59,068 nt of DNA, from NCBI GenBank assembly GCA_043825875.1, contig JBDRRF010000075.1, forward strand, positions 1 to 59,068, in the 5' to 3' direction. Source of the DNA: Pseudomonadota bacterium (GTDB lineage: Bacteria > Desulfobacterota > Desulfobacteria > Desulfobacterales > RPRI01). The notes under the pieces were generated by a model. The model was not told the DNA's origin and did not search any database. It saw only the letters and a program-made list of their open reading frames with translations. Made by a program: the position numbers and the translations under genes. Shown piece after piece: positions 47,630-58,047 of the stretch (position 1 is its first letter; every line of letters begins with the position of its first letter).

Positions 47630-49558
47630 ATGAGTAATCAAGCACAAACCCACGAATTTAAAACGGAAGTTAAGCAGCTTTTGAAGCTGATCATCAACTC
47701 TCTTTATTCAAACAAGGAGATATTTCTCCGCGAACTTATATCCAACGCGTCGGATGCCATCGATAAACTGCAATTTGAGGCCCAAACAAACCCCGACATA
47801 CTGGGTAACGACACGGAATTTAAGATTAAGCTCACCCCGGACGGAATAAAACAGACATTTGAAATCTCGGACAATGGTATTGGAATGACTCATGACGAGG
47901 TCATGGAAAACATTGGAACCATTGCTCAAAGCGGAACGGCTGCTTTCATGGCGGCTATGGAGCAGAGCAAAGGCGACACCCTTACCCCTGAACTGATCGG
48001 CCAGTTCGGTGTCGGATTTTACAGTGCTTTTATCGTAGCGGACAAGATCACCCTCCTGACCAGAGCGGCCGGATCGGAAAAGGGGGTTCGCTGGGAATCC
48101 CATGGAGACGGGACCTATACCATCGAAGAAGCTGAAAAGGAAAGCCGTGGAACTTCCATAACCCTTGAACTAAAGAAAAAAGAAGACGGGGAGCAGGATT
48201 TTACGGATGAATGGGTCATCAGGCAAATTGTCAAGCAGCATTCAGATTTTGTCAGCTACCCGGTGGTGATGGATGTGGAAAAAGAAGAACCCCTCCCGGA
48301 AGCGGAGCAAATCAAGGACAAGGATGGCAAACCCCTTGGAAAGACCACCCGCAAGGTTGTAAAGGAAGAAACCTTAAACACCATGAAGGCGATATGGGCC
48401 AAGGCTAAGGAGGAGGTTGACGACAAGGAACATGAAGAGTTTTACATGCATATTAGCCATGACTGGAACCCGCCTTTGGCAAGGCTGCACAGCAAATTTG
48501 AAGGAACCACCGAATACACTGCCCTCCTGTATATTCCTTCCAAAGCGCCTCTTGACCTGTTTAATCCTGAAGCAAAACATGGTATCCATCTTTACTGCAA
48601 AAGGGTTTTTGTCATGGACGACTGTGCGGAGCTGATGCCGGAATACCTCCGATTTGTAAAAGGGGTTGTAGATTCATCGGACCTTAGCTTAAATATCAGT
48701 CGTGAGATTCTCCAGCAAAACGCCCTGGTGAGAAATATCCGCCAGAATCTTGTCAAAAAGATTCTGGAACTGCTGAAAGGTCTGGAAGACAAAGAATACG
48801 AAAAATTCTACGAGGAATTTGGGCCCGTTCTTAAAATCGGCATACATACCGACTTTGAAAACAAGAACAAAATCGCCGAATTGGCGCGATTTAAGACAAG
48901 CAAATCAAACGGTAAGTGGGTTTCACTCAAGACGTATGTGGACAACATGCAACCCGATCAGAAGGAAATCTACTATATCACCGGTGATAACATGACCGCT
49001 CTTTTGAACAGCCCTCTTTTGGAGCAGCTCAAGGCAAAAAATTATGAGGTCCTGCTCATGTCCGACCCGATAGATGAATGGGTGGTTCAATCTCTTACCG
49101 AATACGAAGGCAAATCATTGAAAAGTGCTGAAAAGGGCGACCTTACGTTAGACAAGGTCGATGATGACAAAAAGGATAAATATGATGGCCTTTTCAAGCA
49201 ACTCCGTCTGCTTTTGGAAGAAAACATAAAAGAAGTAAAACCGTCCACCCGCCTCACCGATTCGTTGGCCTGTCTTTCCGGGGACAGCTCTGACATGAGC
49301 GCCTACATGGAAAAGATTCTTAAGGCCTCGGGTCAAAAACCACCCGACGCAAAAAGGATTCTTGAGCTTAACATGAATCATCCGGTTGTCGATAAGATCA
49401 ATTCGATCTTTGAAAAGGATGCTGCCGCGCCGGTTCTCATAGATTACGCCCACCTTCTGTTTGACCTTGCCACCATCAGTGAGGGTGGCAAAATAGAGGA
49501 TCCTGCCGGTTTCACCCGACGGGTGGGTGCGTTGATGACCGACGCTATAAAATCGTGA
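47630..49558 (+). CDS. htpG: molecular chaperone HtpG (Hsp90)
   Basis: [53 protein letters not shown]. Confidence 0.97.
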   Translation: MSNQAQTHEFKTEVKQLLKLIINSLYSNKEIFLRELISNASDAIDKLQFEAQTNPDILGNDTEFKIKLTPDGIKQTFEISDNGIGMTHDEVMENIGTIAQSGTAAFMAAMEQSKGDTLTPELIGQFGVGFYSAFIVADKITLLTRAAGSEKGVRWESHGDGTYTIEEAEKESRGTSITLELKKKEDGEQDFTDEWVIRQIVKQHSDFVSYPVVMDVEKEEPLPEAEQIKDKDGKPLGKTTRKVVKEETLNTMKAIWAKAKEEVDDKEHEEFYMHISHDWNPPLARLHSKFEGTTEYTALLYIPSKAPLDLFNPEAKHGIHLYCKRVFVMDDCAELMPEYLRFVKGVVDSSDLSLNISREILQQNALVRNIRQNLVKKILELLKGLEDKEYEKFYEEFGPVLKIGIHTDFENKNKIAELARFKTSKSNGKWVSLKTYVDNMQPDQKEIYYITGDNMTALLNSPLLEQLKAKNYEVLLMSDPIDEWVVQSLTEYEGKSLKSAEKGDLTLDKVDDDKKDKYDGLFKQLRLLLEENIKEVKPSTRLTDSLACLSGDSSDMSAYMEKILKASGQKPPDAKRILELNMNHPVVDKINSIFEKDAAAPVLIDYAHLLFDLATISEGGKIEDPAGFTRRVGALMTDAIKS

Positions 49559-49611
49559 TCGTTTCAAGGATCGCTTAACCCATATGTTTTTTTGCCTTTC
49601 GTTTTAAAGAT

Positions 49612-49677
49612 GCCCAACGTTTCGGGCAGGCCCGATTTGCTCGTTGTTCGTGCCTGCCCACTTCGATTGTTGGGAAG
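49612..49677 (-). mobile_element. degenerate attC site (minus strand)
   Basis: Minus strand: TCCCAAC...GGGCAGGC/GCCTGCCC...GTTGGGC; arms of unequal length. Confidence 0.55.
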
Positions 49678-49796
49678 AGCAAATGGTGTTACCCATTAAA
49701 GTCTGCATTTGACCCGTATTGTCTCTGATTGCCTCCCTTTATCTGCAGCATAACAGAAACATTTGCGGGTTGATTGTAGGATTTTTTGCTGGGGCT

Positions 49797-50453
49797 TTAC
49801 TTCTTATTGAGCAATATCACATCATTTTCTACGAAGGTGAGTTCGGCATTGTAGCACTGCGCGAGGTGTTCAAAGGTGTGCCGACTATAAAAGCAAATAT
49901 GCGTCATATCGCGAATATAGTGCCATTGCTTGAAAGCGTGGTCATCAATCACCAGCTTTGTCATAATACCCAGCCAACCGCCGCGTTTTAATATCCTAAA
50001 CAATGATGCAAAATCTTTTTTGGGATTGCGCAGATGTTCCACTACTTCAGTGGCACATATGAAATCATAATTTTTATAAAACACTGAAGGGTCGTTGTAA
50101 TAAAAGGGGTCATAGAGATCCACCTGCTGACCGCCCTCTTCCAATAGGACTGACATGGTTGGACCTGGGCCACAACCAAAATCTAATCCCTTTTGATTTG
50201 AATCCAGTTTCTCCAATAGGCGCGTACTTAATCGAGATAGGAATTGACGGTAACCCGGATCCTGCGCATCGTTTTCATGCAAATCATAAGTTGCTCTTTC
50301 ATCATCGGTGTTCAACCAATAGCGCTTTGGGACAAATACCAACTTACAATGCAAACAGCGCAAGTAGATTCTTTTTTCCTCTTCGAAAAATGGATCTATA
50401 TCTTTACAACTGCACAGGGGGCAACAGTGGGGTTCATCGTATTTGGTATTCAT
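49797..50453 (-). CDS. class I SAM-dependent methyltransferase with N-terminal Zn ribbon (cassette)
   Basis: CPLC...CLHC, YDLHEN, LDFGCGPGP, TEVVEH, WHYIRDMTHICFY. Confidence 0.9.
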   Translation of the reverse strand: MNTKYDEPHCCPLCSCKDIDPFFEEEKRIYLRCLHCKLVFVPKRYWLNTDDERATYDLHENDAQDPGYRQFLSRLSTRLLEKLDSNQKGLDFGCGPGPTMSVLLEEGGQQVDLYDPFYYNDPSVFYKNYDFICATEVVEHLRNPKKDFASLFRILKRGGWLGIMTKLVIDDHAFKQWHYIRDMTHICFYSRHTFEHLAQCYNAELTFVENDVILLNKK

Positions 50454-50492
50454 ATATTTCAGGCCTATTTTTTCAGATCATAGCCGTATATT

Positions 50493-50523
50493 CACATAAC
50501 GGCTTTCAAACCTGCTGGGTGTG
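50493..50523 (-). mobile_element. right half of attC interrupted by intron remnant
   Basis: Minus strand CACACCCAGCAGGTTTGAAAGCC-GTTATGTG, 40 nt upstream of the methyltransferase start. Confidence 0.5.
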
Positions 50524-50573
50524 GTAGAGTAGCCCTAATTAACGGCCTCCTGAGGCTCTCATAGACCCGTACG
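50524..50573 (-). mobile_element. group II intron 3' remnant (partial DV plus DVI)
   Basis: Minus strand CGTACGGGTCTATGAGAGCC...GGCT-A-CTCTAC: DVI stem with bulged A at -7 and AC terminus. Confidence 0.65.
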
Positions 50574-50676
50574 GTTTAATAGTTTAAATGTCCCCAATAC
50601 TACCCCGATTCTTTAATTTCGTGTTGGTTACGGATTTTGCTGAAATCGTCTAAGGCTTTATTCAACACCTTAATAA

Positions 50677-50804
50677 ACCCAATGTTCCCGATCACCGGGT
50701 GCAAAAGGCTTCCATAAAACTATGCAAAAGTATCGGAAAGCGAAAAACCACCAGCCATGGAAAAAGCCGAGGCCTTTTGCATCCGGTGCATTGGGTGGTT
50801 CTGT
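50677..50804 (-). mobile_element. attC site (minus strand) with mutated core (ATT instead of GTT)
   Basis: R'' ACAGAAC, arms CACCGGATGCAAAAGGC/GCCTTTTGCACCCGGTG, R' ATTGGGT. Confidence 0.75.
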
Positions 50805-50811
50805 TTTCTTC

Positions 50812-51108
50812 CTATGATCTGGGCGTTAAAGAACCATTCAGATATTTATGCACGATACTTGAAATAAGAGTTTGATATGGTATACCTTCTTCAATTGCCT
50901 TTATTTGTATTTGCTGGTAATCCTTTTGGGAAAGGCGAAGATTTATTCGTTTATCCTTTTTCAAAGTATTTCGAGCGGCTTCTATTACTTTTTTTCTCTC
51001 TTGGTCAAAATTTTTAACAGGCTGCCATTCGTCACGTTCGATGGATTCCATCAGATCCTGCTCTTCCTGGTCAATTGCTTTAAACGACTTTTTGCTGATT
51101 TTATTCAT
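50812..51108 (-). CDS. antitoxin (BrnA/CopG-like RHH)
   Basis: DQEEQDLMESIE..EW...KDKRINLRLS...KAIEEGIPYQTLISSIVHKY. Confidence 0.88.
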   Translation of the reverse strand: MNKISKKSFKAIDQEEQDLMESIERDEWQPVKNFDQERKKVIEAARNTLKKDKRINLRLSQKDYQQIQIKAIEEGIPYQTLISSIVHKYLNGSLTPRS

Positions 51109-51377
51109 TATTCCCCCTTCAAACCGTATTTTTTTGTGTATTTGCGGCTTGGGAAAGCTGTTTTTAGAAATATTTCATCATCATTTTCCACGTAAGGTAC
51201 GATGATGGCATAATTGTCGATCTCTAAAACATATATTTTTTGATTGGGGTACCCAGGATTTTCCTCGATTCCAATCACCAGACCCGACTCAATTAAATAG
51301 GCGATTTCCTCAAAGGATATTCCACGTTCTCGTTTTAAGGGTTCGTTTTTTTCAGAATTCCAATTCAAGTATTTCAT
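51108..51377 (-). CDS. BrnT-like toxin
   Basis: WNSEKNE.LKRERGISFEEI...YPNQ...VPYVE...FLKTAFPSRK.TKKY. Confidence 0.88.
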   Translation of the reverse strand: MKYLNWNSEKNEPLKRERGISFEEIAYLIESGLVIGIEENPGYPNQKIYVLEIDNYAIIVPYVENDDEIFLKTAFPSRKYTKKYGLKGE

Positions 51378-51383
51378 ATCAAA

Positions 51384-51412
51384 ATTATAAGCTCATGTCT
51401 GCCTTTTGTCAA
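51384..51412 (-). promoter_or_regulatory. consensus sigma70 promoter, probably leaderless TA mRNA
   Basis: TTGACA-N17-TATAAT ending 6 nt before the ATG at 51377. Confidence 0.8.
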
Positions 51413-51597
51413 CGATAATTTAGGTCGGTTTGGCTGGAAACAGAACAAGTTGTTCCTTTTTGTACAATACCGGATCAGGTACCACCTGAAGCCAAAGAGA
51501 CGATTCAGGAAATGGCTAAAGACATTCTGGGTTCATAAGCGAATAAGTTGAAAAGGTCTCAAGGCTGCAAGGTACAAGTGTGAAGTAGTAAAAGCTA

Positions 51598-52752
51598 TTA
51601 AAACTCATTTAAAGCGAACATGGCACAAATACTGTCAAGGAGAAGCATGCCTTTCGTTGTAAGCCTGCATCTGTCAACAGTTAAAACGGCAAGCCCCCTG
51701 TTTTGAAGTTCCGATATTGTATCTTTAAAGATATCTTCAAAGATTATTCCGAATTTCGCATTAAAGTTTTTTATGTTTATCCCTTCTGTTTGTCTTAAAC
51801 CAAGAAGAATGGATTCCATAATATGCTGTTCTCTTGAAAGTACTTCATTATCTTCTATAGGTGAGATGCCTGCTTCAATATTTTTTATGTAATCTTTCAC
51901 ACTTCGTACATTCCAGCTTCTTTGTCTTCCATCAAATGAATGAGCCGAAGGGCCGAATCCTAAATATGGCGTATCAGACCAGTATTTTATATTATGCCTT
52001 GATTTTTTATCTAAAGAGCTGGAAAAATTTGAAACTTCGTAATGGATATAAGCTTGGTTTTCTAAAAAGTCGGCGGTTAATTCAAATAAGGAACCTGCAA
52101 GAGATTCCGGCAAGGGAGAGAAGCAGCCTGATTTCATATTATTAAAAATCGGAGTATTTGGTTCGTATGTAAGCATATAGCAGGAAATATGAGCTGGCTT
52201 GTATTGCATGGCGCATTCAAGATCAGACAGCCAGGATTTCTCAGACTGTGCGGGAAGCCCGTAAATAAGATCAATACCAAAGTTTTCAAACCCTGCATTT
52301 TGTGCCCATCTTATAGCTGCCTTAGCTTCTTTGGCCGAATGAATACGTCCGAGGAATTTAAGATTATCATCTGAAAAAGATTGAACCCCGATATTTATCC
52401 GGTTTATTCCGGTTTGCCTGAAATCTTTTAATGATTCAGGACTTATGGTTTTAGGATTTACTTCTATTGTTATTTCAGGGTCCGGTGCTATTTTAAACAG
52501 TTTGAAAGCCGTATCTAATATTTGCGCTATCTCTTTTGGGTTCAGAACTGAAGGTGTGCCGCCGCCAATATAAATAGTATCAAAGACCAACGGCAAATAC
52601 TTGTACATTAACATTTCGGCAAGAAGAGCTTTTATAAATTCTTTTTTAATAGATAAATCTGTGATGGAAAAAAAATCACAATAAGGGCATTTACTTATGC
52701 AAAAAGGGATATGTATATATATTCCGGCAGGCTTATTACTGAAGTCTATCAA
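51598..52752 (-). CDS. hemW: radical SAM heme chaperone HemW
   Basis: YIHIPFCISKCPYCDF, GGGTPS, YEVSNF, HNIKYW. Confidence 0.9.
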   Translation of the reverse strand: MIDFSNKPAGIYIHIPFCISKCPYCDFFSITDLSIKKEFIKALLAEMLMYKYLPLVFDTIYIGGGTPSVLNPKEIAQILDTAFKLFKIAPDPEITIEVNPKTISPESLKDFRQTGINRINIGVQSFSDDNLKFLGRIHSAKEAKAAIRWAQNAGFENFGIDLIYGLPAQSEKSWLSDLECAMQYKPAHISCYMLTYEPNTPIFNNMKSGCFSPLPESLAGSLFELTADFLENQAYIHYEVSNFSSSLDKKSRHNIKYWSDTPYLGFGPSAHSFDGRQRSWNVRSVKDYIKNIEAGISPIEDNEVLSREQHIMESILLGLRQTEGINIKNFNAKFGIIFEDIFKDTISELQNRGLAVLTVDRCRLTTKGMLLLDSICAMFALNEF

Positions 52753-52761
52753 TTCCTTCTA

Positions 52762-53307
52762 TTATTCCTTAAACGGCTCTCCAAGTTTTATCCCAAGTTC
52801 CAGAGCTTTTTTATTTATATCTATAAACCCCGCAGGCATTCTTGTTTCAAGTACTTTCATAATGGATTCGGGTTGAACAAAATCAATCATAGATATTACT
52901 GCTCCCAACATGCAGATATTGTATACAACCGGTTTGCCTATATTATCCATAACAGATTGATACATGGGGAGTTCTCTCTGGCGTGCAGCAACTCCGTTAT
53001 GGGTTTTTACATAATGGGTATCGGTAACAAGAAAGCCGCCGGGACGAATTATAGGCGAAAATTGGTTATATGCATCCTGAGTAAGACAGACAAGAAGGTT
53101 GGGATTATTTACTTTTGGAAAATTTATTTCTGAATCCGATATTAATACATCGGCTTTTGTTGCGCCTCCTCTTGCTGCTGCTCCATAAGATTGGGATTGT
53201 ACTGCAACAAGATTTTCATAAAGTACAGCCGCTTCTGCAATAATGATTGAAGCAGTAATTACTCCCTGGCCTCCCGAACCTGAAAAAACCATCCTGATTC
53301 TTTCCAT
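52762..53307 (-). CDS. 2-oxoacid:ferredoxin oxidoreductase gamma subunit
   Basis: GSGGQGV, QSYGAAARGG, NICMLGA, NKKALELG. Confidence 0.92.
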   Translation of the reverse strand: MERIRMVFSGSGGQGVITASIIIAEAAVLYENLVAVQSQSYGAAARGGATKADVLISDSEINFPKVNNPNLLVCLTQDAYNQFSPIIRPGGFLVTDTHYVKTHNGVAARQRELPMYQSVMDNIGKPVVYNICMLGAVISMIDFVQPESIMKVLETRMPAGFIDINKKALELGIKLGEPFKE

Positions 53308-53309
53308 AA

Positions 53310-54113
53310 TTAATTGCCTTTCGTCGCTCTTTCGATGATTTTATCATACTCTGCGCAATATTCAGGCTTATCTTTTTCAACAAAAATGCCTGTCTCAATC
53401 AGATCAGGGTTTTCTTTTTTTGCTTCTGAACCAATGGGCGTTGTTTTTTGCTTCATAAGTTCCATCATTTCATATGCATTGCCTTCCTTGTTTTTCCTGC
53501 CGTAGTAAGTAGGGCACTGGGAAAGGATTTCAACAACAGAAAAGCCTTTATGGGTGATCGCCTTTTTGATTAAATCGGTTAACTGCTTTATGTGGTATGT
53601 TGTTGAGCGGGCAACGAAAGTAGCGCCAACAGCCGTAGCTAAATCCACAACATCAAAGGGGTGATCTATATTTGTATATGGCGCTGTAGAAGCAAGAGAG
53701 CCGTAACCGGAAAGAGGAGAAAACTGTCCGCCTGTCATTCCGTAAACACGATTGTTCATAACTATGGCTGTAATATCTATGTTGCGGCGTGCTGCGTGAA
53801 TGAAATGGTTTCCGCCTATTGCAAGTGCGTCGCCATCTCCCATAGGGACAAGAAGATTCAATTCAGGTCTGCTCATTTTTATGCCGGTTGCAAATGCAAG
53901 CGCGCGTCCGTGCAGTGTGTGCATTGTGTGAAAATCGAGATACCCGGATATCCTGGCGGAACATCCTATGCCTGAAACCATAACAATATCGTTTTTATTT
54001 ATGCCAAGCTCTTCTACTGCTTTTATCAGGCCGTTTAAAATTATGCCGTGCCCGCATCCCGGACACCACATCTGTGGGAAAAACCTTTCTCTAATATAAT
54101 CTTTAACTGGCAT
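53310..54113 (-). CDS. 2-oxoacid:ferredoxin oxidoreductase beta (TPP-binding) subunit
   Basis: WCPGCGHG, SGIGCS, GDGDALAIGGNH, NNRVYGMTGGQ. Confidence 0.95.
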   Translation of the reverse strand: MPVKDYIRERFFPQMWCPGCGHGIILNGLIKAVEELGINKNDIVMVSGIGCSARISGYLDFHTMHTLHGRALAFATGIKMSRPELNLLVPMGDGDALAIGGNHFIHAARRNIDITAIVMNNRVYGMTGGQFSPLSGYGSLASTAPYTNIDHPFDVVDLATAVGATFVARSTTYHIKQLTDLIKKAITHKGFSVVEILSQCPTYYGRKNKEGNAYEMMELMKQKTTPIGSEAKKENPDLIETGIFVEKDKPEYCAEYDKIIERATKGN

Positions 54114-54115
54114 TA

Positions 54116-55267
54116 TTATACACCTTTGCCCCTGATCAGCCTCATTATATTCCTGATATCCGTGGGAGTTATCAGTTCACCGTCAATACGATTTGCAAGA
54201 AATACCTTATCAGGATTGTCGACTGCTGTTTTTACCTGCTGTAGTACTTGCCCCATGTTCATTTCAACTACTATAACACATTGTGCTTCAGAGCATTTTT
54301 GCCTGACAATTCCTGCGGGAAAAGGCCATAAAGTCTGAAGTTCAAGCAGTCCGATACGTTCTCCCCGTGCTCTTCTGTTTTTTACCACATGAAGCGCCGA
54401 TCTGGCTGATGATCCGTAGGAGATAAAAATGGTTCTGGCATCATCAAGAAAGTATTCTTTATATCTTGCAATATTATAAACATTATTTTCTATCTTATCT
54501 ACAAGATGGCGAAGAAGCCCATGAACAATTCCAGGGTTACTGGAAGGAAACCCCCACATATCGTGAAAAAGTCCGGTAACATTGTATCTGTGAACACCTC
54601 CGAAATCCGACATGGGAAGACGTCCGTCTTCTCTTGGCAAGTATGGATGAAAATCTACCCCTTTTTTTACAGAAGTCTTCAGTCTGTCAACAATATCAAG
54701 AGCGCCCTTTTCAGGCACTGTTAAACCTTCTCGCATATGCGCTATAACTTCGTCAAAAAGAAGAATAACGGGCGTTCTGTATGTTTCGGCCATATTGAAA
54801 GCATCAACGGTAATGGAAAAAATATCCTGATGATTTGAAGCGGTAAGAACAATTATGGAATGCTCCCCGTGAGTTCCCCACCTTGCCTGATTAACATCGC
54901 CCTGGCTTACATGTGTAGGATTGCCTGTTGAAGGACCGCCGCGCTGAACATTTACTATCACGCATGGAATTTCAGCCATGATCGCATATCCCAATGCTTC
55001 CTGCATGAGAGAAAAACCAGGGCCGCTTGTTGCCGTCATCACTTTATTGCCGGTTAAAGAGGCCCCTATAATTGCGCATATTGATGCGATTTCATCTTCC
55101 ATCTGGAGAAATTTTCCGCCTGTTTGCGGAAGTCTTGCTGAAAGCAGCTCTGCAATTTCAGTTGAAGGCGTTATAGGATAACCGGCAAAAAAACCAAGCC
55201 CGGCATATAACGCAGCTTCTACGCAAGCTTCATTTCCCTGAACAAATTTTATATTCTTCTCATTCAT
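54116..55267 (-). CDS. 2-oxoacid:ferredoxin oxidoreductase alpha subunit
   Basis: GNEA, GYPITPSTE, MEDE, TATSGPGFSL, QRGGPSTG, VEMNMGQ. Confidence 0.95.
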   Translation of the reverse strand: MNEKNIKFVQGNEACVEAALYAGLGFFAGYPITPSTEIAELLSARLPQTGGKFLQMEDEIASICAIIGASLTGNKVMTATSGPGFSLMQEALGYAIMAEIPCVIVNVQRGGPSTGNPTHVSQGDVNQARWGTHGEHSIIVLTASNHQDIFSITVDAFNMAETYRTPVILLFDEVIAHMREGLTVPEKGALDIVDRLKTSVKKGVDFHPYLPREDGRLPMSDFGGVHRYNVTGLFHDMWGFPSSNPGIVHGLLRHLVDKIENNVYNIARYKEYFLDDARTIFISYGSSARSALHVVKNRRARGERIGLLELQTLWPFPAGIVRQKCSEAQCVIVVEMNMGQVLQQVKTAVDNPDKVFLANRIDGELITPTDIRNIMRLIRGKGV

Positions 55268-55302
55268 GTTATGGCCTTATTCTGTAACAATACAGGTTGA
55301 TA

Positions 55303-55398
55303 GGTTCATAGTTCAGGGTTCAGGGTTCACGGTTGGTTGCCTTTAGATCTTTATTCCTCTCCAACCCTGAACCCAGAACTTTGAACCCTGAACCTGAA
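55303..55398. repeat. inverted arrays of heptamer repeats (GGTTCAG)n / (CTGAACC)n
   Basis: About 4 copies on the left (55303-55334) and 4-5 inverted copies on the right (55363-55398) around a ~28-nt spacer. Confidence 0.75.
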
Positions 55399-55401
55399 TA
55401 G

Positions 55402-55608
55402 TTATTGCTCAGTCTCAATTTCTATAGCAAGATCGGGACACCTTAATTCACAAAGCTTGCAGGCGATACAATCCTTTGGACGTGCTGCAACCACTTTTTC
55501 ATCCTTATCAATTTCAAGAACCTTTTTGGGGCAAAAATGCGCGCAAATTCCGCATCCTTTGCACCACCGCCTGTTTATCTTATGTTCTTTAAGTTTAGCT
55601 TTTGCCAT
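55402..55608 (-). CDS. 2x[4Fe-4S] ferredoxin, oxidoreductase delta subunit
   Basis: CKGCGICAHFCP, CIACKLCELRCPD. Confidence 0.93.
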   Translation of the reverse strand: MAKAKLKEHKINRRWCKGCGICAHFCPKKVLEIDKDEKVVAARPKDCIACKLCELRCPDLAIEIETEQ

Positions 55609-55616
55609 ATGTTTAT

Positions 55617-56783
55617 TCACATCATTCTACTAGTCAGTTCATCAATCTGTTTATCCGCATTTTCAGGATTTATTCCAAGGCTTATACGAGCATTGTCAAC
55701 TCTCTCGAGCTTTTGCGGATTATTCATATCGCTTAATCGTGAGAAAATACCAAGCCTTCTTCCAATCCGGTAATTGAGTTGCTCCTGTGGCGGCATATCA
55801 AGGAATGTACGAAGGACGCTCATAATTTTTTCTTTGTCCTGCGGAAGTTTCCCTTCAACATCTTCAAAAAGATTCAAGATATGATCGCTTACTATATTGC
55901 TTGTTATGTTATCAAGGTTTTCTATAAAAAGCAGAATCTCTTGTGCTGTAATAATATCATTGCCTTTTTCAAACCTTCCTGCCCGGTGATCATCATAAAG
56001 ACCCGTGTTTTCAGGGATTGTGAGTGAGCGCAACCTTATAAAATCCGGATTTATCTGATTCAAGGCATCTGCCGTTTCAAGAGCATGTTCTTTTGATAAA
56101 CTAATACCACCAAGACCCGGCATAACATATTCAGATAGTTCAAAGCCTGCTTTTTTCGCTTTTTGTCCTGCTTTTATATGGATTTCTTTTGTAACTCCTT
56201 TTTTTACCATTTCAAGGACTTTGTCCGATCCTGATTCAAGCCCTATATGTATCCTGTTTAAACCGGCTTCTCTTATAGCCAGAAGATCATCATCGCTTAT
56301 TCTTGCAACAGTATGGGACCTTGCATAAGATGTGATTCTTTCCGTCCATGGAAAGCATTTTTTCATATGCTCAAGAATTGTAATAAGATCTGGTGGTTTA
56401 ATTATAAGGCTGTTTGCATCCTGAAGAAATATTGATTTCATTCCTGCTGAAAGCCAGTAATATGCAGCATTGAAAGCTCTGCTCTCACCCGGCACAACAT
56501 TAATTTCGGAAGTACTTATTTCTTTCTTGCCTTTCTTGCGGGCGTCCTCTGCAAGATCAAGCAAATGTGTGACGTATTTATGTAAGGTATCAATATCTTT
56601 TATAACATGTTCAACAGGTCGGACAGAAAACTTTGATGTTTTATATACAGGACAAAAAGAACATCGGTTCCATGGGCAGTTTCTTGTTATGCGTATTAGA
56701 AGACTGTGTGCTTCACTAGGAGGGCGAATCGGCCCCTGCTCAAAGCCTTTGTATTCAGAATCCAAATTGTTATTTGATTTCAT
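55617..56783 (-). CDS. radical SAM protein, function unknown
   Basis: GPIRPPSEA, CPWNRCSFC, IGLESG, SDHILNL. Confidence 0.9.
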   Translation of the reverse strand: MKSNNNLDSEYKGFEQGPIRPPSEAHSLLIRITRNCPWNRCSFCPVYKTSKFSVRPVEHVIKDIDTLHKYVTHLLDLAEDARKKGKKEISTSEINVVPGESRAFNAAYYWLSAGMKSIFLQDANSLIIKPPDLITILEHMKKCFPWTERITSYARSHTVARISDDDLLAIREAGLNRIHIGLESGSDKVLEMVKKGVTKEIHIKAGQKAKKAGFELSEYVMPGLGGISLSKEHALETADALNQINPDFIRLRSLTIPENTGLYDDHRAGRFEKGNDIITAQEILLFIENLDNITSNIVSDHILNLFEDVEGKLPQDKEKIMSVLRTFLDMPPQEQLNYRIGRRLGIFSRLSDMNNPQKLERVDNARISLGINPENADKQIDELTSRMM

Positions 56784-57018
56784 AAGTATATTCCTGATTG
56801 AAAAAATTGCAAAAATATTTTAAAGTATACAACATTTTAATTTGATGTGTATATATTACGAGCCATTTGGAGAATAATTGATTTTCCCAAAGTTTATGAG
56901 AAATAGCAATTGCACAAAAATCTCATTAAAACCATAACATAAATTGCCATTTGTAGAAACCCCTATGTAATATATAAATTTGATTATTATTTTATAAAAA
57001 TATAGGTTTATATTATTT

Positions 57019-58047
57019 ATGGATTTGCATAAATCGAAAAAATTAAACAAATATACAAAAATATCATTGTTATTATTTGCTGTATCTATAATAGCTGTGT
57101 TGCTTTTTGTATCGGATATAATAAATTATGCAAATAAACCTGCAGGTTCGGACAAATCTTTGAAATTTATTGTTGTAGAAAAAGGCCAGACTTTTATTAA
57201 AACCGCATATAGCCTTAAAGAATCCGGCATTATCAAAAATCCGAAAAAATTCAGATTTTATGCCCTGCTCAAAGGATATGATAAAATAATAAAGACAGGG
57301 GAATACGCTTTTTCAACTTCGATGTCGCCGGCTTTAATCCTTGATAAAATGGTGAAAGGGAAAACATATCTTCATAAAATCACAGTGCCGGAAGGGTATA
57401 ATATGCAGCAGATAGAGGCTCTTGTATCAGAAGCCGGTTTTGGGACAAAGGAATCATTTTTAAGAATCTCATCAGATGCGTCATTTATGCATGAAAAAAA
57501 AATAGAAGCTTTGTCATTTGAAGGGTATTTATATCCTGATACATATTTTTTCTCAAAAGGGGAATCTGTTAAAAGTATCATTTCTACAATGGTCGATAGG
57601 TTTTGGTCCGTTTATTCATCAAAATTGGAAGCAAGAGCAAAAGAGATAGGATTTTCAACCCATGAAATTGTTACGCTTGCGTCAATAATTGAAAAAGAGA
57701 CGGCTGCTCCCGAAGAGCGCCCATTGATTTCGGCTGTTTTTCACAACAGGCTTAAATTAGGCATGAGACTCGAAACAGATCCTACTGTAATATATGGGAT
57801 TAATGATTATAAGGGAAATATTACACGCAAACATCTTTCGGCAAAAACTCCATATAATACTTATGTAATAAGGGGGCTTCCGCCAGGCCCGATTGCCAGT
57901 CCGGGGTTTGAATCTATTGAAGCTGCACTTTATCCGGCTAATGTACCTTATCTTTTTTTTGTTTCAAAAAATGACGGCACACATTATTTTTCAGCTAAAT
58001 TTAGTGAACATGATAATGCTGTCAGGAAATACCAGCTGCGAAAATAA
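57019..58047 (+). CDS. mltG: endolytic transglycosylase MltG
   Basis: TVPEG, EGYLYPDTY, LASIIEKE, NRLKLGMRLETDPT, PYNTY, GLPPGPI. Confidence 0.95.
   Translation: MDLHKSKKLNKYTKISLLLFAVSIIAVLLFVSDIINYANKPAGSDKSLKFIVVEKGQTFIKTAYSLKESGIIKNPKKFRFYALLKGYDKIIKTGEYAFSTSMSPALILDKMVKGKTYLHKITVPEGYNMQQIEALVSEAGFGTKESFLRISSDASFMHEKKIEALSFEGYLYPDTYFFSKGESVKSIISTMVDRFWSVYSSKLEARAKEIGFSTHEIVTLASIIEKETAAPEERPLISAVFHNRLKLGMRLETDPTVIYGINDYKGNITRKHLSAKTPYNTYVIRGLPPGPIASPGFESIEAALYPANVPYLFFVSKNDGTHYFSAKFSEHDNAVRKYQLRK

Noticed and set aside
47630..49558. htpG looks more GC-rich than its neighbours (possible acquisition with the adjacent cassettes)
   Set aside because: Visual impression only, not computed; no attC or mobility signature upstream; expression-related codon bias is an alternative
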